Below are positions 39,074 through 53,130 of a stretch of DNA of 64,000 bases, one piece after another. The translations under genes were made by a program, and so were the position numbers. How positions within the stretch are numbered: the stretch's first letter is position 1; every line of letters begins with the position of its first letter. Origin of the DNA: Octopus sinensis (Eukaryota). Location: NCBI RefSeq assembly GCF_006345805.1, contig NC_043023.1, forward strand, positions 8,308,001-8,372,000, read 5' to 3'. Below the pieces are notes generated by a model. It was not told the origin of the DNA, ran no database searches, and saw nothing but the letters and a program-made list of their open reading frames with translations.

Positions 39074-39924
39074 GTGTTTGTGTGTCGGTAGATTAAATTT
39101 ACGGGAAAATAAAAGTCAAAAACAGGTGTTAGATTCAACGCTCGGGAAAGTGAGAGCATCTTTTACTTTCGAGCCTATGCTCCTCAACAGAAAGAGAAAG
39201 GAGAACATGAACAAAAAGTGATTAAAAATCTTGTCGATTTAGGGATCAAGCATGGCAACTGGTTAGGAAAAACATAGCTTGACGGGAGAGATAGAGAGTC
39301 GGGGAGATAATAAACAACTGGAGATCCCGCGTTGGGATGTGTATGTAAGAATGTGTAAGTGTGTGTGTGTGTGTGTGTGTGTGTTGATAGGGCTAGTGAC
39401 TATGATGTATGGGTGCGTCTGTAATGTGTGGGTGTGCGAATGATTGTGTATGGGTGTGTAGATGATGTTTTCTGGTCTGGGTATTGGAAAGTGGTTAGTG
39501 CTAGTACTAGCACAAGCACAGACACACAAATATATATAGATTTATGTATATATTTGTGTTCCCTCAAGATCACCTAATAACCAGTGTTGGTGTTACACAC
39601 CCTGTAACTTAGTGGTTCGGCAAAAGACACCGAGAGAATAAGTGCTAGTCTTTCAACAAATAAATGCTGGGCTCGATTGGTTCGAATAAAGGCTCTAGCA
39701 TGGCCATTGTCAAATTACTGAAAAGAGTACATGTATAAACGTGTTGCAAACACACACACACACAAATATACATATATACACACACAAATTTATACATATA
39801 TATATATTGGTATATGTGTATATGTGTTTAACTATCTGTCTGGCGATTGATAGATGTATTGATAAAGTGATAGATGGATGGATAGATCGATAGATTGATA
39901 GATAGATGGATAGATAGATAGATG

Positions 39925-40012
<88 letters not shown>

Positions 40013-40555
40013 CATGTCTCCAGTTCTAGTTTAGTCTTCTTTACCCTTTTTATCTCATTTATCAATAACTGCTCGTCGTTAGTTTTATTCCTATTCTCAT
40101 CCTTCTCTTTTGTTATAGTTTCAACTTTGCATATCAGCGTCATCCTCCTCATCATCATCATTCCAAATATTAAGAGCACCATCGGTAAATATTGTCATCA
40201 TAATCATCGTCTGCGTCCTCGTGGTGGTCGTCACCATCATCGCCATCATCACCATCATCATCATCCATATCATAATCTGGAACCACAGATGCAATGCCAG
40301 CAGACCGAAACGACTTCATCACTACAAAATCCGTCACCGTCAATGCCCTCATCATCATAATTATCGCTTTCATCATCACTTAACACTATGCCATACACCT
40401 TTAAAATCTTCACTTATCATTTTTATAATCGTCTTCACCAAATTGTCTCACTTCTACTTATTTATCTTCTATTTCAGCAGCTAATTCATTGGACATAATC
40501 TTTGAAATATATGACTAATCACTTCTATGTTTTTTCTTCATAAATTATCTTTCAG

Positions 40556-40627
40556 AGATCTATCCAATAATGCAATCGTGAAAATTGAAAATGGATCGTT
40601 TGCAAATCTTCTGAGCTTAAAATATTT
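40556..40627 (+). CDS. 72-nt LRR exon 1 (donor mutated GT>CT; probably skipped)
   Basis: tctttcag|A GAT CTA TCC AAT...TAT TT|ctaagt encodes (L)DLSNNAIVKIENGSFANLLSLKY(L); branch-point-like gactaat about 40 nt upstream. Confidence 0.7.
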
Positions 40628-40924
40628 CTAAGTTGAACCAGTCTTGTTCATACTATATTCCTGAGTATATATTTCCTCAAATTTAATATCTTTCTATCTT
40701 TCTTTCTTAACCTTCTTTTGCCCTTCTCTAACTCACATTATCTCTCTCTATATATATATGTATGTGAGTGTGTGTGAGTTGAGCGTGTTTGTGTGTGACG
40801 ATGTGTGTTTACATAAGTCTTTATGTTCTACATCACTGTTTGGTATATTGTGGAAAGTGCGCGTATAGTCATATGTATATTTATGCTTGAAAATTGTGGA
40901 TAAATATATAGTCCGTTAATGTTT

Positions 40925-42420
40925 CGTCTTTGGCAGGAGATATTAAACAATTCTGCGACGATATCACGTTGTAATTTTACCTCGATAAATGAGCAAAAGC
41001 TACATTTATCAAAGGAAAAACGACAGAAACATCCCGCAGAATGTCATAAAGGAATTAGAACCAGCGGAGAGATACATGTACTTATCGCTACTTGAAGTGG
41101 ACATGATAAAATATTCAGTGATGAGGGAAAGGATCAGAATAGAATATTATCGCAGGATAAAAGCAATATTCAAGACAGAGCTGGATGCAAGAAACAGGAT
41201 CGAAGTGATCAGTACTTTTGCTATACCAGGCGTGACTTACAGTTTCAATATCATTAACCCAAAGAGAGCTAATGGTACCGATGTTGACAAAGCCATTACC
41301 CATCAATGGTTAGTGTCTTCTAGCTTAAACAAACTCAGACACAGACGGATTTAATATAGCAGCTCAAGATCAGGGCCTAACTACAAGAAACTACCATATT
41401 GAAGAACGGCAGTCACCCAGCATGTCTTGTATGTAAACAACAAAATGAAACCATTGATCATGTTGTCTCCATGTGCAGTCTTCTTGTGCATACAGAATAT
41501 CTCAACAGGCATGATTGAGCAGCACATCATATTCACTGGTTAATTTGCAAAACCATAGACGTGCCACATGATACAATCTGTTGGGGACACGAACATGCTC
41601 CAGTTCTTGCAGATGATCGCATCTTATCCTCTAGAACTTCGCCACTCAAAGTGACAGAAAGATAGATGCGAGTAGACCAGACATTATATAGAAAAACTAC
41701 AGGAAAAAAGCATGCCTCCTCATTTAAAAACTGTCCCAATCGACATAAAAGTATCTGTCAAAACCTACAAAACTGAGCAAGTGTAAAGATCTTGAAATAG
41801 AAATTAGCAAAATGTGGAAGTAAAACAATGCCTGTTGTCATAGTTGCCCGAGGAATTATAGCAAAAGGCCTGAATCATACCTATCTCATATATAAGGAAA
41901 CCCCAAAATGGCAGCAACTCAAAAGATAGCGCTAATGGGAACCGCCCATATCCTACGTAAAATACTGTGTGTTTAATTTTAAGTTTTAAAACAAACTCAT
42001 ATTCTTTGAACATCATTATGGTCATCTCCTTCATGAAATCCCCAAACACCGCATTTTCCCCCTTATCTTCCTGCATTTAATTCCGTCGATATATTAAAAC
42101 TGTTATGGCTAGTCTCTTCTATTATTGAATGTGCTGATATGATTTCTCGCGTCACACCGCATTCTTATGTGCCGCCACCACAAAAACTTATTTCCATTTG
42201 AAGAAAAGACTGATGCAATGAATACCTTATGTATAGGTCCTCTAGGCTGCAGCTTTGATACCATAATATGATCCACGAATGAGATGTGTATCACCGAATC
42301 AAAACAAAGCAATTCTGTCACAATACACTACATGCACCTCCCAGAGGCAGATGTAAATAAACTATACGTCCCACGTGAGGATGTAAGAGTGCGCAGAAGC
42401 TTCTGCCACTCTCGTAAAAT
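40925..42420 (+). mobile_element. R4/Dong-clade non-LTR retrotransposon fragments
   Basis: IRIEYYRRIKAIFKTELDARNRIEVISTFAIP..YSFNII, then decayed ETIDHVVSMC...EYLNRHD...IHWLIC; second piece MHLPEADVNKLYVPR. Confidence 0.75.
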
Positions 42421-43399
42421 AAGAGTAACCATAAGGTTAGATGACAAACAAGAAAAGCATAGACTGTTTATTAGTATGAAAGTAGTAAGACATACACACC
42501 TTTCTTTTTCAGTAATTTCCTAAACCTGTCTTGCCACTTGTCACAGTGAGGTGGTGTGGTGCTACCCAGATCAGGTTTTTCATCACATATCTGTGAAGCG
42601 AAGAAATTCTCCACCGCGCTCCAATTCCGTGATGCATTACCCTCGTACCGAAAGCCTCGCTAACGCAACATTTAATCACAGAGAACCAAGCTTTCTTTGA
42701 GGCTGCTTATGAAGTGCTTCAAATTGTATTTTCGACCCAGGACTACGTTGCTCAGCCTTTTTCACAGGAAATCGCTTCCTTCTCTTCAAGGAGGATATTG
42801 AAATGTCATGTACGGCGAACTTCCAAATGCTCCATGGCAGATGCTCTATTTTTAACTCCAGGTCTTAGAATTACCGGGAGACATCACATGTCCACTGTAG
42901 ATAGTCGCCTTTCAGAATCCTTGTTGCTTTCACAAATAGATTACGTGTCACTCCGGTTTAATTTAAACACCTTCCCCAGGTTTTCCACTGTCTTCTTGAT
43001 GATGGATAGTGAGTGACCGCTACTGACTGAGGAATACCTGCTTCTAAGGCCAACTTTGTTGACTGACGAAGCTGAAACTCATGTAACTCCCAGTCATAAA
43101 CTACTGAAGTAATTTTAGGATCGTCCATGCCATTATGGCAGATGTTGTAAAGAAAGTTAGGTCAAGACTACGACTACAAGTACTCCATCTTCCTTGGTAT
43201 GACTCAGCTTACAGATGCAGTTTAGTATTCCCCCACTTTTCACTATATTTACTTGGGTGGTGTGGATTTCTCTCTCACTCCACCCTCACCGTCATTATAA
43301 ATGGAATTTTAAGGTTTCGATGAGAGTTTGATCGTATTATCTCTCTCTCTTCAACCGTTCTGTATTCTCCACCACACTACCTCTCTGCTTATAGCCTGT

Positions 43400-44150
43400 T
43401 CGCCTGGTCTTGTTAGTTCCAGTTCATTTGAATGGTTCCAGCAAGCAAAATGTGTTGTAGGTTACTGCGATCCAGCCTCTGGAAACAGGACCGAATCCGG
43501 CTTCCTTCAGTGCAGGCGCCAACAGTTGGCATTTGACTAACACAAAATTAGGATTTCATTGGAAACGCATTTGTTACTCATTCTGTCTGTGATGTACTGT
43601 GCAAGCAGGAACCTGTTGTGCTTAGATGATTTTGATATGGAATCTTCGGCATTTATCCTAATTACGGGTCTCAAATTATTATCAAATACATTTTGTTCGA
43701 GTTGTTTCTCAACATTGCCGTGACCCCCACCTTTTATCAGGGCTAAGAATCATCTCGTTCTTCTTCCCTTTGTTGTAGACACCTGCCATTGCACTCACTG
43801 CTATTCATGGCAAATAATTTTAAACTGCGTAAGGCTGATCCTCAAGCCATGGCGACCTCCAACCCGGCATCTCGAATACCGCAACAATTTGTTGAACGGC
43901 GTAGTTTCATTCGAGTGTTGCCGCAAGCCGTCTACGTAGACGGTTAAGAGCTTCATAGTCAATGGACCAATAACCTCCACAAACTGATGCACATAGTGTT
44001 CCCTAAAGGCCGCAAATATCTGCTTAGAATCGAAGAGAACGCATCTCACCTGATTCATCAACACCAAATTGTTTTCCGTTGCCACGTTGCACCTACACTC
44101 ATTCGCCCATATGTCGGACGTTGTCATTAAAGCCTGCAAAAATGAAAACA
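43400..44150 (-). mobile_element. Decayed Tx1/L1-like ORF2 fragments (paralogue at about 60730-61480)
   Basis: rc LLAPALKEAGFGPVSRGWIAVTY resembles YLAAVLRATGFGPVFRGWIAALY of the Tx1 RT at 63139-64000; IFAAFREHYVHQF resembles a similar piece near 51480. Confidence 0.5.
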
Positions 44151-44765
44151 ATCCTCGTGTTTACCGTTGGAGAAGCGGACAAGAGGAAATCTCGTCGGTG
44201 GCAGCGCCACTTGCAGTGTATTGGGTAGCCCCTTTATTCCCTCTATTGTGTGTTTCTGTGTAGAAATATATATAAATTTATATGTATATAATTCATATTT
44301 GTGTGTGTGTGTGTATCTGTGTTCCTGAGCTTAAATGTTTTCCCTCACCTCTTCATTTACTTATATATAAATTCACATATATTTTTTCTCGTTCATATGG
44401 AAAAGTTATTACCTTCCTAATTCTAATTTATTCTTTATAGCTCTTTTCACGGTTAAACAAACAGAAATTGGTATTTATGCTGCAACATTCAACATTTTAA
44501 TCAAGTTCAATTTAAATTTACATGGGCCGTAGATTTCATGAATATCAATGTTAATATAAAAACTAACGAAATCATAATACTCTATCATTAGTTTAAACCA
44601 TTGCATTTAAAGAACGGTTTAAATGCAACAAAATTTATTGTTGGAATTCCGTGTTATATAGAGTTTTGCATTTCAACGGAGGGGAAAATATCTAAATTTA
44701 TTTATAAATAAATAAAGAGGTCAGCAAGAAAAATGGACACACAAGCATGAAATATATATATATAT

Positions 44766-45348
44766 ACAACTTATAAACAAGGGCAAAAGAAAGAGAATTC
44801 AATGCCAAATATGCCGAAATAGACTTAATCGTCAATAACCATATAATTTATCACTATAAGCACGCGTCTCGAAAGCAAGTTGATAGAAATTTCCAAAAAA
44901 ATTTCGTTATTATCGGATCGATCCCCATTTGTGAGTAAATTCATTTAGAATTTTCTCGTCATCAGCGATAAATACGATGAGAAAATAAATGAGATACTTA
45001 CTTGTACCTATGGAAGAAGTAAACACTGAGTCATGTGCACACTTAAGTACCCCAAATATATCCAAACTAGAAATTCCGCAGCATACCTCGAGGCTCGTGT
45101 GAACGGACTGGAAATTCTCTTGGAGAATTCTATTATCGTATTTATCGCTGATGACGAGAAAATTCTAAATGAATTAACTCAGAAATGGGGATCGATCCGA
45201 TAATAACGAAATTTGTTTTCGAAAATTCTATCGGCTTGCTTTCGAGACGCGAGCTTATACTGATAAATTATATGGTTATTGACGATTAAGTCTATTTCGG
45301 CATATTTGGCATTGGATTATTTTTCTTTTGTCCTTGTTTATAAGTTGT
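44766..45348. mobile_element. Foldback/MITE element with about 210-bp imperfect TIRs
   Basis: 44766-44978 is the reverse complement of about 45135-45348; the paralogue at about 62170-62510 keeps only the left arm and spacer. Confidence 0.8.
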
Positions 45349-45721
45349 TTGTAAATTTAACCTTTAAAGGCATTTTTTTTAACGTGCTGGCCATTGATAA
45401 CATTTTTTCGAATATTTTATCCCATATTAGATGTAAATTTAATACTATTCACTTCCGGACTCTCTCACTCTATGAGAACTTTCAGTCCGATCACACCTGT
45501 CTCGAGGTATGCTCTGGAAGTTAGTGTTTTAACCTCCTATATATTGAATGATTGCACTATTGTGGTCGTTAAGGTTTTACTTTCATATCATACTACGGAA
45601 GACGGTAGAGATTATAATTTTTGTATGATTGAAAAGATTTCACGCTGTTTAGTTACGTACTTAGGAGTTGTAATTTACTTATTGAATTATCTATTGATAC
45701 GGTTATACATAGGGTAAATGT

Positions 45722-46064
45722 GAAGGCGCATGGCTCAGTGGTTAGAGCGTCTAGCTTACGATCGTGAGATTGTGAGCTCGAATCCCGGACCGGGCTGCGT
45801 GTTGTGTTCTTGAGCAAGACACTTTATTTCACGTTGCTCCAGTTCACTCAGCTGTAGAAATGAGTTGCGACGTCACTGGTTCCAAGCTGTATCGACCCTT
45901 GTCTTTCCCTTGGATAACACTGGTGGCGTGGAGAGGGGAGACCGGTATGCATGGGCGACTGCTGGTCTTCCATAAACAACCTTGCCCGGACTTGTGTCTA
46001 GGAGGGTAACTTTCTAGGTGCAATCCCATGGTCATTCATGACCGAAGGGGGTCTTTACCTTTTT
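45722..46064 (+). mobile_element. tRNA-derived SINE, family D, with 8-bp TSD
   Basis: Head gaaggcgcatggctcagtggttagagcg...gagctcgaatccc; flanked by taaatgtg on both sides; empty site gggtaaatgtggttgaa at about 62605-62621. Confidence 0.9.
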
Positions 46065-46262
46065 AAATGTGGTTGAATTTTGTGGTTTCTTTGATTTCCC
46101 ATACAACACCTATTTTAGTGATGTTCACACTGCCGGAATGAAGGCTAGTGACCAGGTGTCGAAACCATAATGGTAACCGTGGGGTAGCTGATGATATAGG
46201 TATGTTGGATTGTTGCTATGGTTGTGGAATAGTATTATATCACAGATCCTTTTAATATATAG

Positions 46263-46303
<41 letters not shown>

Positions 46304-47111
46304 TGTGTGTGCTTGCGTGTTTGTGTGCCGGTAGATTAAATTTACGAGAAAATAAAAGTCGAAAACAGGAGTTAGATTCAACGCTCGGGAAATTGAGAAA
46401 TTCTTTTACTTTCGAGCCTATGCTCCTCAACAGAAAGAGAAAGGAGAACATGAACAAAAAGTGATTAAAAATCTTGTCGATTTACGGATCAAGGAAGGCA
46501 ACTGGTTAGGAAAAACATAGCTTGATGGGAGATAATAAACAAATGGTGATCCCAAAACAATGGTGCACGTGCGGTGGTGTATGTAAGAATGTGCAATTGT
46601 GTGTGTGTGTGTTGATAGGGGCAATTGACTATGGCGTGTGGATGTATGCGTGCGTAGCTGTGTGCGTCTGTAGTGTGTGGGTGTGTGGATGATTGTGTAT
46701 GGGTGTGTAGATGATGTTTTTTTGTCTGGGTGTTGGAAAGTGGTTGGTGCTAGTGCTAGCACAAGCACAGACACACAAATATAGACAGATTTATGTATGT
46801 ATTTGTGTTCCCTCAAGATCACCTAATAACCAATGTTGGTGTTACACACCATGTAACTTAGTGGTTCGGCAAAAGGCACCGAGATAATAAGTGCTAGTCT
46901 TTCAACAAATAAGTGCTGGGTTCGATTAGTTCGAATAAAGGCTCTAGCATGGCCATTGTCAAATTACTGAAAAAAGTACGTGTATAAACGTGTTACATAC
47001 ACACACACACACATATATATATAGACACACAAATATATACCTATATATATTGGTATATGTGTGTATGTATTTACGTATCCGTCTGGCGACCGATAGATGT
47101 ATTGATAAAGT

Positions 47112-47179
<68 letters not shown>

Positions 47180-47754
47180 TATACATGTCTCCAGTTCTAA
47201 TTTAGTTTTCTTTACCATTTTTATCTCATATATCAATAATAGCTCGTCGTTAATTTTATTCCTATTCTCATCCTTCTCTTTTGTTATAGTTTCAACTTTG
47301 TATTTCAGCGTCATCCTCCTCATCATCATTCCAAATATTAAGAGAACCATCAGTAAATATTGTCATCATAATCATCATCTGCGTCCTCGTAGTGTTCGTC
47401 ACCATCATCGTCATTATGATCATCCTCATCATCACCATCATCATCATTCTTATCAGTCATAATCTAGAACCACAGGCTCAATGCCATCAGACCAAAACAA
47501 CTTCATCACTACCAAATCCGTCACCGTCAATGCCCTCATCATAAAAATTATCGCTTTCATCATCACTTAACACAATGCCATACATCTTCATTATTATCTT
47601 TATAATCTTCACTTATCATTTTCATAATCGTCTTCACCAAATTGTCTCACTTCTACTTCTTTTTCTTCTATTTCAGCAGCTAATTCATTGGACATAATAT
47701 TTGAAATATATGACTAATCACTTCTATGTTTTTTCTTCATGAATTATCTTTCAG

Positions 47755-47826
47755 AGATCTATCCTATAATGCAATCGAGAAAATTGAAAATGGATCGTTT
47801 GCAAATCTTCCAAACTTACGTGAATT
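47755..47826 (+). CDS. 72-nt LRR exon 2
   Basis: tctttcag|...|gtaagc; (L)DLSYNAIEKIENGSFANLPNLRE(L). Confidence 0.88.
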
Positions 47827-48104
47827 GTAAGCTGAACCAGTCTTGTTCATACTATATTCCTGAGTATATATTTCCTCAAATTTAATATCTTTCTATCTTT
47901 CTTTCTTAACCTTCTTTTGCCCTTCTCTAACTCACATTATCTCTCTCTCTATATATATGTATGTGAGTGTGTGTGAGTTGATCGTGTTTGTGTGTGACGA
48001 TGTGCTTTTACATAAGTCTTTGTGTTCTACATCACTGTTTGGTATATTGTGAAAAGTGCGTATATAGTCATACGTATATTTATGCCTGAAATGTGTGGAT
48101 AAAT

Positions 48105-48480
48105 ATATAGTCCTTCAACGATTCTACCTGCCAAGAAAAGAGGGTGGCCATAACATTTCCAATTGGAATTAACAATTGACCGAAACACCTACCTAAACAA
48201 CTCTCACTGGATATTAAGACTTGTCTCAAAGCACGAAAACAAGAAGGTGTCATACAAAGTAATAAAGCATGCAAACAAATATATAAACGAATTCCAAATA
48301 CAACAAATCCCAGAGTTAGACGTACTAGAAACAAGCTCAGAAAAAGCTAAGCGAATGAAAGTACATGCAAAGAATCTGACTTTGATATTCTTACAGATAT
48401 ATGACAAAGAAAACATCTCAATGGCAAATACCCAAAGAGAGCTAATGGTTCCGATGTTGACAAAGCCTGGTGACATCTGC
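48105..48480 (+). mobile_element. R4/Dong fragment in module 2
   Basis: Near-identical to about 56985-57345. Confidence 0.75.
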
Positions 48481-49039
48481 CACGTGAATATAGACATCGA
48501 TACAGGAATTTTCTGAGATGCTATCAGCCTTTTCCAAAGCTTCACCACTTCACCCAAGACATAATACGAGACGTCCAGTGAGACGGTGAATCCCTTAGCC
48601 GTGATAGGCCCACCATTGTCGACGAACATTGGAAAGCGCTCCAGAAAAGCTACTAATATCTGCTTGAAATCAATGAACACTCGCCTTTAGTGATTCATCA
48701 AAAGTCAAATTTTAGTTTCTTGATCTGATGCAGCTCCATCATTGGACCAATCAAGCGACTGATGGCAGCTTTGTTTTCACCCAGCTTTTATCGCATTTAC
48801 TTGGACGGTGTAAAGTACATCTCCGGCAACCGTCATATTCCTTTTCAAACGGAGTTTTAAACATTCGATGAGATTCTGGTAGAAGTGTCTGTCTCCAATA
48901 GTTTCCATGTTCTCCGCCAAATACCTCTCCCTACTGTCTGTTTGTCAGCTCTTCTTTGTTCCCGTTCATCTAAAAGTTTCCAACAGGTGACCGTTTGCAT
49001 ACATACATGCATGTGTACATACATACATACATACATACA

Positions 49040-49075
<36 letters not shown>

Positions 49076-49095
49076 TACATACATACATATATGTA

Positions 49096-49140
<45 letters not shown>

Positions 49141-49248
49141 AGAGAGAGAGAGAGAGGGAAAGAGAGAGGGGGAGAGATGAGTGTATTTTTCCCTTGTTAA
49201 CAATTGACACGGATAAATAGATAAATAATTACCAGGGTAGCAAATAAG

Positions 49249-49363
<115 letters not shown>

Positions 49364-49429
49364 ATAAACTTAGATAAACTTAGATATGTTTCGACCAAAG
49401 ATTGGTCCTGGCCATGTCTAACTTAATGG

Positions 49430-50600
49430 CACCACTTGATAGGATTATCAAAATCCTGTTTAAGTCTAGGTTTGTTTATGGTCCATTCAAGTTGTGGGGT
49501 TTTTGTTGAGTGAGTTGTATCCAGGTATGGGTGGCTTATCTGGTATTCCTTGAAGAAATCTGTCCAGACTCCGTTTAAAGTTGATGGGATCCTTTTCCTC
49601 TTTGATCTCTTCCGGCACAATGTTAAACAGGGCAGGGCCTGTTGAGGAAAAGAAATTATGTTGCAGTGAATCTATATGCTGTGGTCCTGAGTTGGACAGG
49701 GGACGCGGTCCCAGCCTTGGATGAACCTTGAAAGTAATGCTCAGCTCGTTTGGGCAAAGTTGGCGGTATATTCTCCACATCGTACAGATGATGTACCGCT
49801 CACGGCGACACTGGAGAGAGTAGAGGCTTTCAATTCGTTTAGTGAATGCCTTCTGGGGTGATTGAATCTTCGAGATGTTTTTTCTTGTATGGGGAGACCA
49901 CAGTGGGCAGCAGTATTCGAGTTTAGCCGTACAAAGGAGGTGAAAAGTGGTATGATGACACCTTGTTCTCCGGACCGGAAGGTTCTTAAGATCCAGGAGC
50001 TCATCCTACGAGCTATATCGACCTAATTGTTGAAGTGGGCACTCCAACTGAGATTGTCATCAACAATTACGCCCAGGTTTCTGATATTGTTAGAAGCTGT
50101 GAGCGGTTCCCCTGAAGGAAGAGAATATGGCTGTTTTAGTGTGGACTTTCTTCCAAAATGTATCAGCTCAAATTTTCCCTCGTTCAGTTGAATTTTGATT
50201 TTGTCTGCCCTTTGACTCACAGCATATAGATCAGACTGGAGTTGAGTTCGGTCCGCTTCTTCATTGACGATTTGCTGGAGCTTAGTGTCATCAGCAAATA
50301 TTTTCCCGTTGCGGTAATGTACGACACTGGAAAGGTCATTTCTGTGAATTATAAAGAGGAGCGGGCCCAAGAGAGTCTGGTGACTTTTGCTGGGCTTGAG
50401 TGGACTCCATTGACTACAACATGTTGTGTTCTATTCGCTAGGAAATACTTAATCCAGTGCAGAGGTTTTGCACGGATTCCAACATTTGCCAATTTTGAGA
50501 GTAGGATCATTCGAAAATCTACCCAGATTATGGGATTTGTAAGATGGATCAGTCTCGCTGATACATTTTTGTTGACTATATTTCTAAATATTTAATGTAT
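49430..50600 (-). mobile_element. CR1-type LINE, RT to 3' end, decayed
   Basis: GPLLFIIH.NDL...KIFADDTKL...LQSDL...KFELIHFG...NLGVIVDDNLSWSAH; C-terminus GPALFNIVP...FKRSLDRFLQGIPDKP. Confidence 0.88.
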
Positions 50601-50739
50601 CCCCATCTTTCTTTCTCGTCCTTCTTTTTAACATTCCCTAAATCGCATCCTCTTGCTATGTGTGTGTGGGAATGTGTGAAGGTGCTTGAGAATATGAATG
50701 TTTGCGGTTGACATCATTGTTTCATATTATGCATGTGAT

Positions 50740-50930
50740 TGAGGCGGCGTGCTGGTAGATGTGTAATCACGCTGGACAAAATCTTGAGCTGCATTTCGTC
50801 CGCTTTTGATTGCTGAGTTCAAATTCAACCGAGGTCGACTTCACCATTTATCTATATTTAATCGATGATTCGACATAATCAGTTAGCACCCTCCGCCAGC
50901 ATTCCAGGACGTGTGCCTATGATAGGAAGG
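50740..50930 (+). mobile_element. Old SINE family B copy
   Basis: ggcggcgtgctggtaga...gagttcaaattcaaccgaggtcgactt. Confidence 0.6.
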
Positions 50931-51838
50931 ATATTATATAAGTGTTGGCATGTGCATATCTATCTTTCTGTCGCCGGATAATTATTCATTCCTTTCATTT
51001 CCTTCATTATCTTTTCCTTTACTGTTTTCCTATTGAATAAGAAATACTAAGCAGAACATAATGCATTTGTTTTATGCTTCCAAAGAATTTGACTGTTTAC
51101 CGTCAGAAACACATTGGAATCAGAGGACGAGTTGGAGAAAAGTTTGCATTTAGCATAATCATGCATCTGACACTTTTAAAAATGTCCTCCTCCTCTAGGT
51201 CTTTCTCAGAAACCCCATTACACCTGTTTTGCTTACCCGTTGCAGTAGTCATCTACAGAAAGATCCTCGAATATGACTAGCATATGTCAGAATAAATCGT
51301 GTCAGGATGATGGTGACATCTACTTAGGGCGTCCCTTCATCGATTTTCGAAATTCCGCAGCTGTTTTGCTCTTTTGTTGAACAGCGTATCTTCAGTCGAA
51401 TGTCGCAGCAAGCCATCCTGGTAGACAATAAAGCACATCCCCGACTATGAGCTACTGTGTTCCACAAAGAGCTGCGCGAAGTGTTCCTTAAAAGCCGAAA
51501 ACATCTGTATAAGCTAAAGTAGCAGACAACACACCGATTATAGCCCCAGGAGGACATCTTCTCCACTTGGCTAATGACACACTGTTGTGTCTGATTAGTA
51601 TTTGCGGAAGGAAAAAACCATTGCCATCTCTAGCCTTACGTGATATACACACACCCGCGTTTCGATAACGAGTTACTACCCAGAAATCAGGGCCTGTGTT
51701 TATTACGTAACACCAGAGACGGGAACCATGATATTAGTTCGCAAATACAAGTAAGACACAAGTGGTGCGTCGTTTGGCAGCTAGTGGAGATATCATCCCG
51801 GAGCTATAAACAACAGTAGCATTATCCCCTATGGGACC

Positions 51839-51885
<47 letters not shown>

Positions 51886-52287
51886 TTCACAATATATACA
51901 TGTGTATTTCACTTCATAATTTTCTTGTAATCTCCGCTTCAAATTCTATTTTTTGTACTTCTTTTATTTCATTGTCGTCATAAGCATCATGGCCATGAAC
52001 AAGACCATCACCGTCCTGAACACCACATCCGTTATCATCTCATTATCATCTTCATAAACGACATCATCATTAGCATCATCTTCACCATCAGTCAACTTCG
52101 TCACAAATCATCATTATCAATATCATCATAACCTTGACTTCTCATTATCTTCATCTTCATCTAATTTTTGCACTCCTACATCCTTTTCTTCTACATCTAC
52201 ATCCAGTTGATTAGACATATGCGTATTTAAAATTGTGTGACTAATCATTTTTATACCATTTCTCACCAATTCTCTTTCAACTTACAG

Positions 52288-52359
52288 AAAACTAATCAAT
52301 AATACAATCGCGATTATTGAATATGGATCGTTCGAGGGTCTCACCAATTTAATGACGTT
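52288..52359 (+). CDS. 72-nt LRR exon 3 (older, diverged paralogue)
   Basis: cttacag|...|gtaagt; (L)KLINNTIAIIEYGSFEGLTNLMT(L). Confidence 0.88.
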
Positions 52360-52887
52360 GTAAGTTTGATCTTCCTGATATTATTAATCTAACTGTATGT
52401 TTCTACATATAATGTCTTCCCTTCTATCTTCGCTCTCTCTTTCATCTTTTCTAACAGACGTTCACTTTGTCTGTGTGTGTTTGTGTGTGATTGTGTGTGT
52501 GTATGTGTATGTGTGTGTGTGTGTGTGTGCGCGCGGGCATGAAAATGATTAAGGATATGAGTGTTTTTGGTTTAAATTTGTTATATGATTTATACAAATT
52601 AATGTGAACAACGTAACATGTAACAATTAACGATTAAAGATAAAATTCCCCAATACGGGGAAAAGCCACGTAGGACGACCAAGGTGATCCAGAGATTCAG
52701 ATCTAACTATATTCGACAATTAGGCGCCAGTAATTAGAAGTAGAATACACATCCAGGTGCATTCCTCCTGTATGATAAGTAAATTGAAACATCCTATGGC
52801 AGAATTCAGGAAAATTAAGACATTTTGACAACAAACGATACATATAGAGACAGTTGCGTTTATTAGATTTCACATTATAAAGCCTAC

Positions 52888-53099
52888 TCTTTCTCTCTCT
52901 TTTACTTGTTTCAGTCATTTGACTGCGGCCATGCTGGAGCACCGCCTTTAATCGAGCAACTCGACCCCGGGACTTATTCTTTGTAAGCCCAGTACTTATT
53001 CTATCGGTCTCTTTTTTGCCGAACCGCTAAGTGACGGGGACGTAAACACACCAGCATCGGTTGTCAAGCGATGCTAGGGGGACAAACACAGACACACAA

Positions 53100-53130
<31 letters not shown>

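Larger units (their letters stand above)
38830..45720. repeat. Duplication module 1 (contains LRR exon 1)
   Basis: Its parts recur at 46070-48480, 54955-57625 and 57626-63138. Confidence 0.9.
46070..48480. repeat. Duplication module 2 (contains LRR exon 2)
   Basis: Collinear with about 38830-40920, followed by an R4/Dong fragment. Confidence 0.9.

Noticed and set aside
40127-40360. His-rich ORF (HHRHHHHHHHPY) and its Asp-rich antisense ORF
   Set aside because: (CAT)n low-complexity intron sequence; paralogous copies in modules 2 and 4 do not keep the frame.
45140-45215. ctgatga...gaaa in the foldback arm as a hammerhead
   Set aside because: Stem II and stem I could not be paired in the required register.
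49380-49425. Hammerhead remnant (rc gacca-atctt-tggtc GAAACAUA); a similar one lies at about 15935-15970
   Set aside because: Stem II and GAAA are present but the CUGANGA core is absent or too degraded to call.
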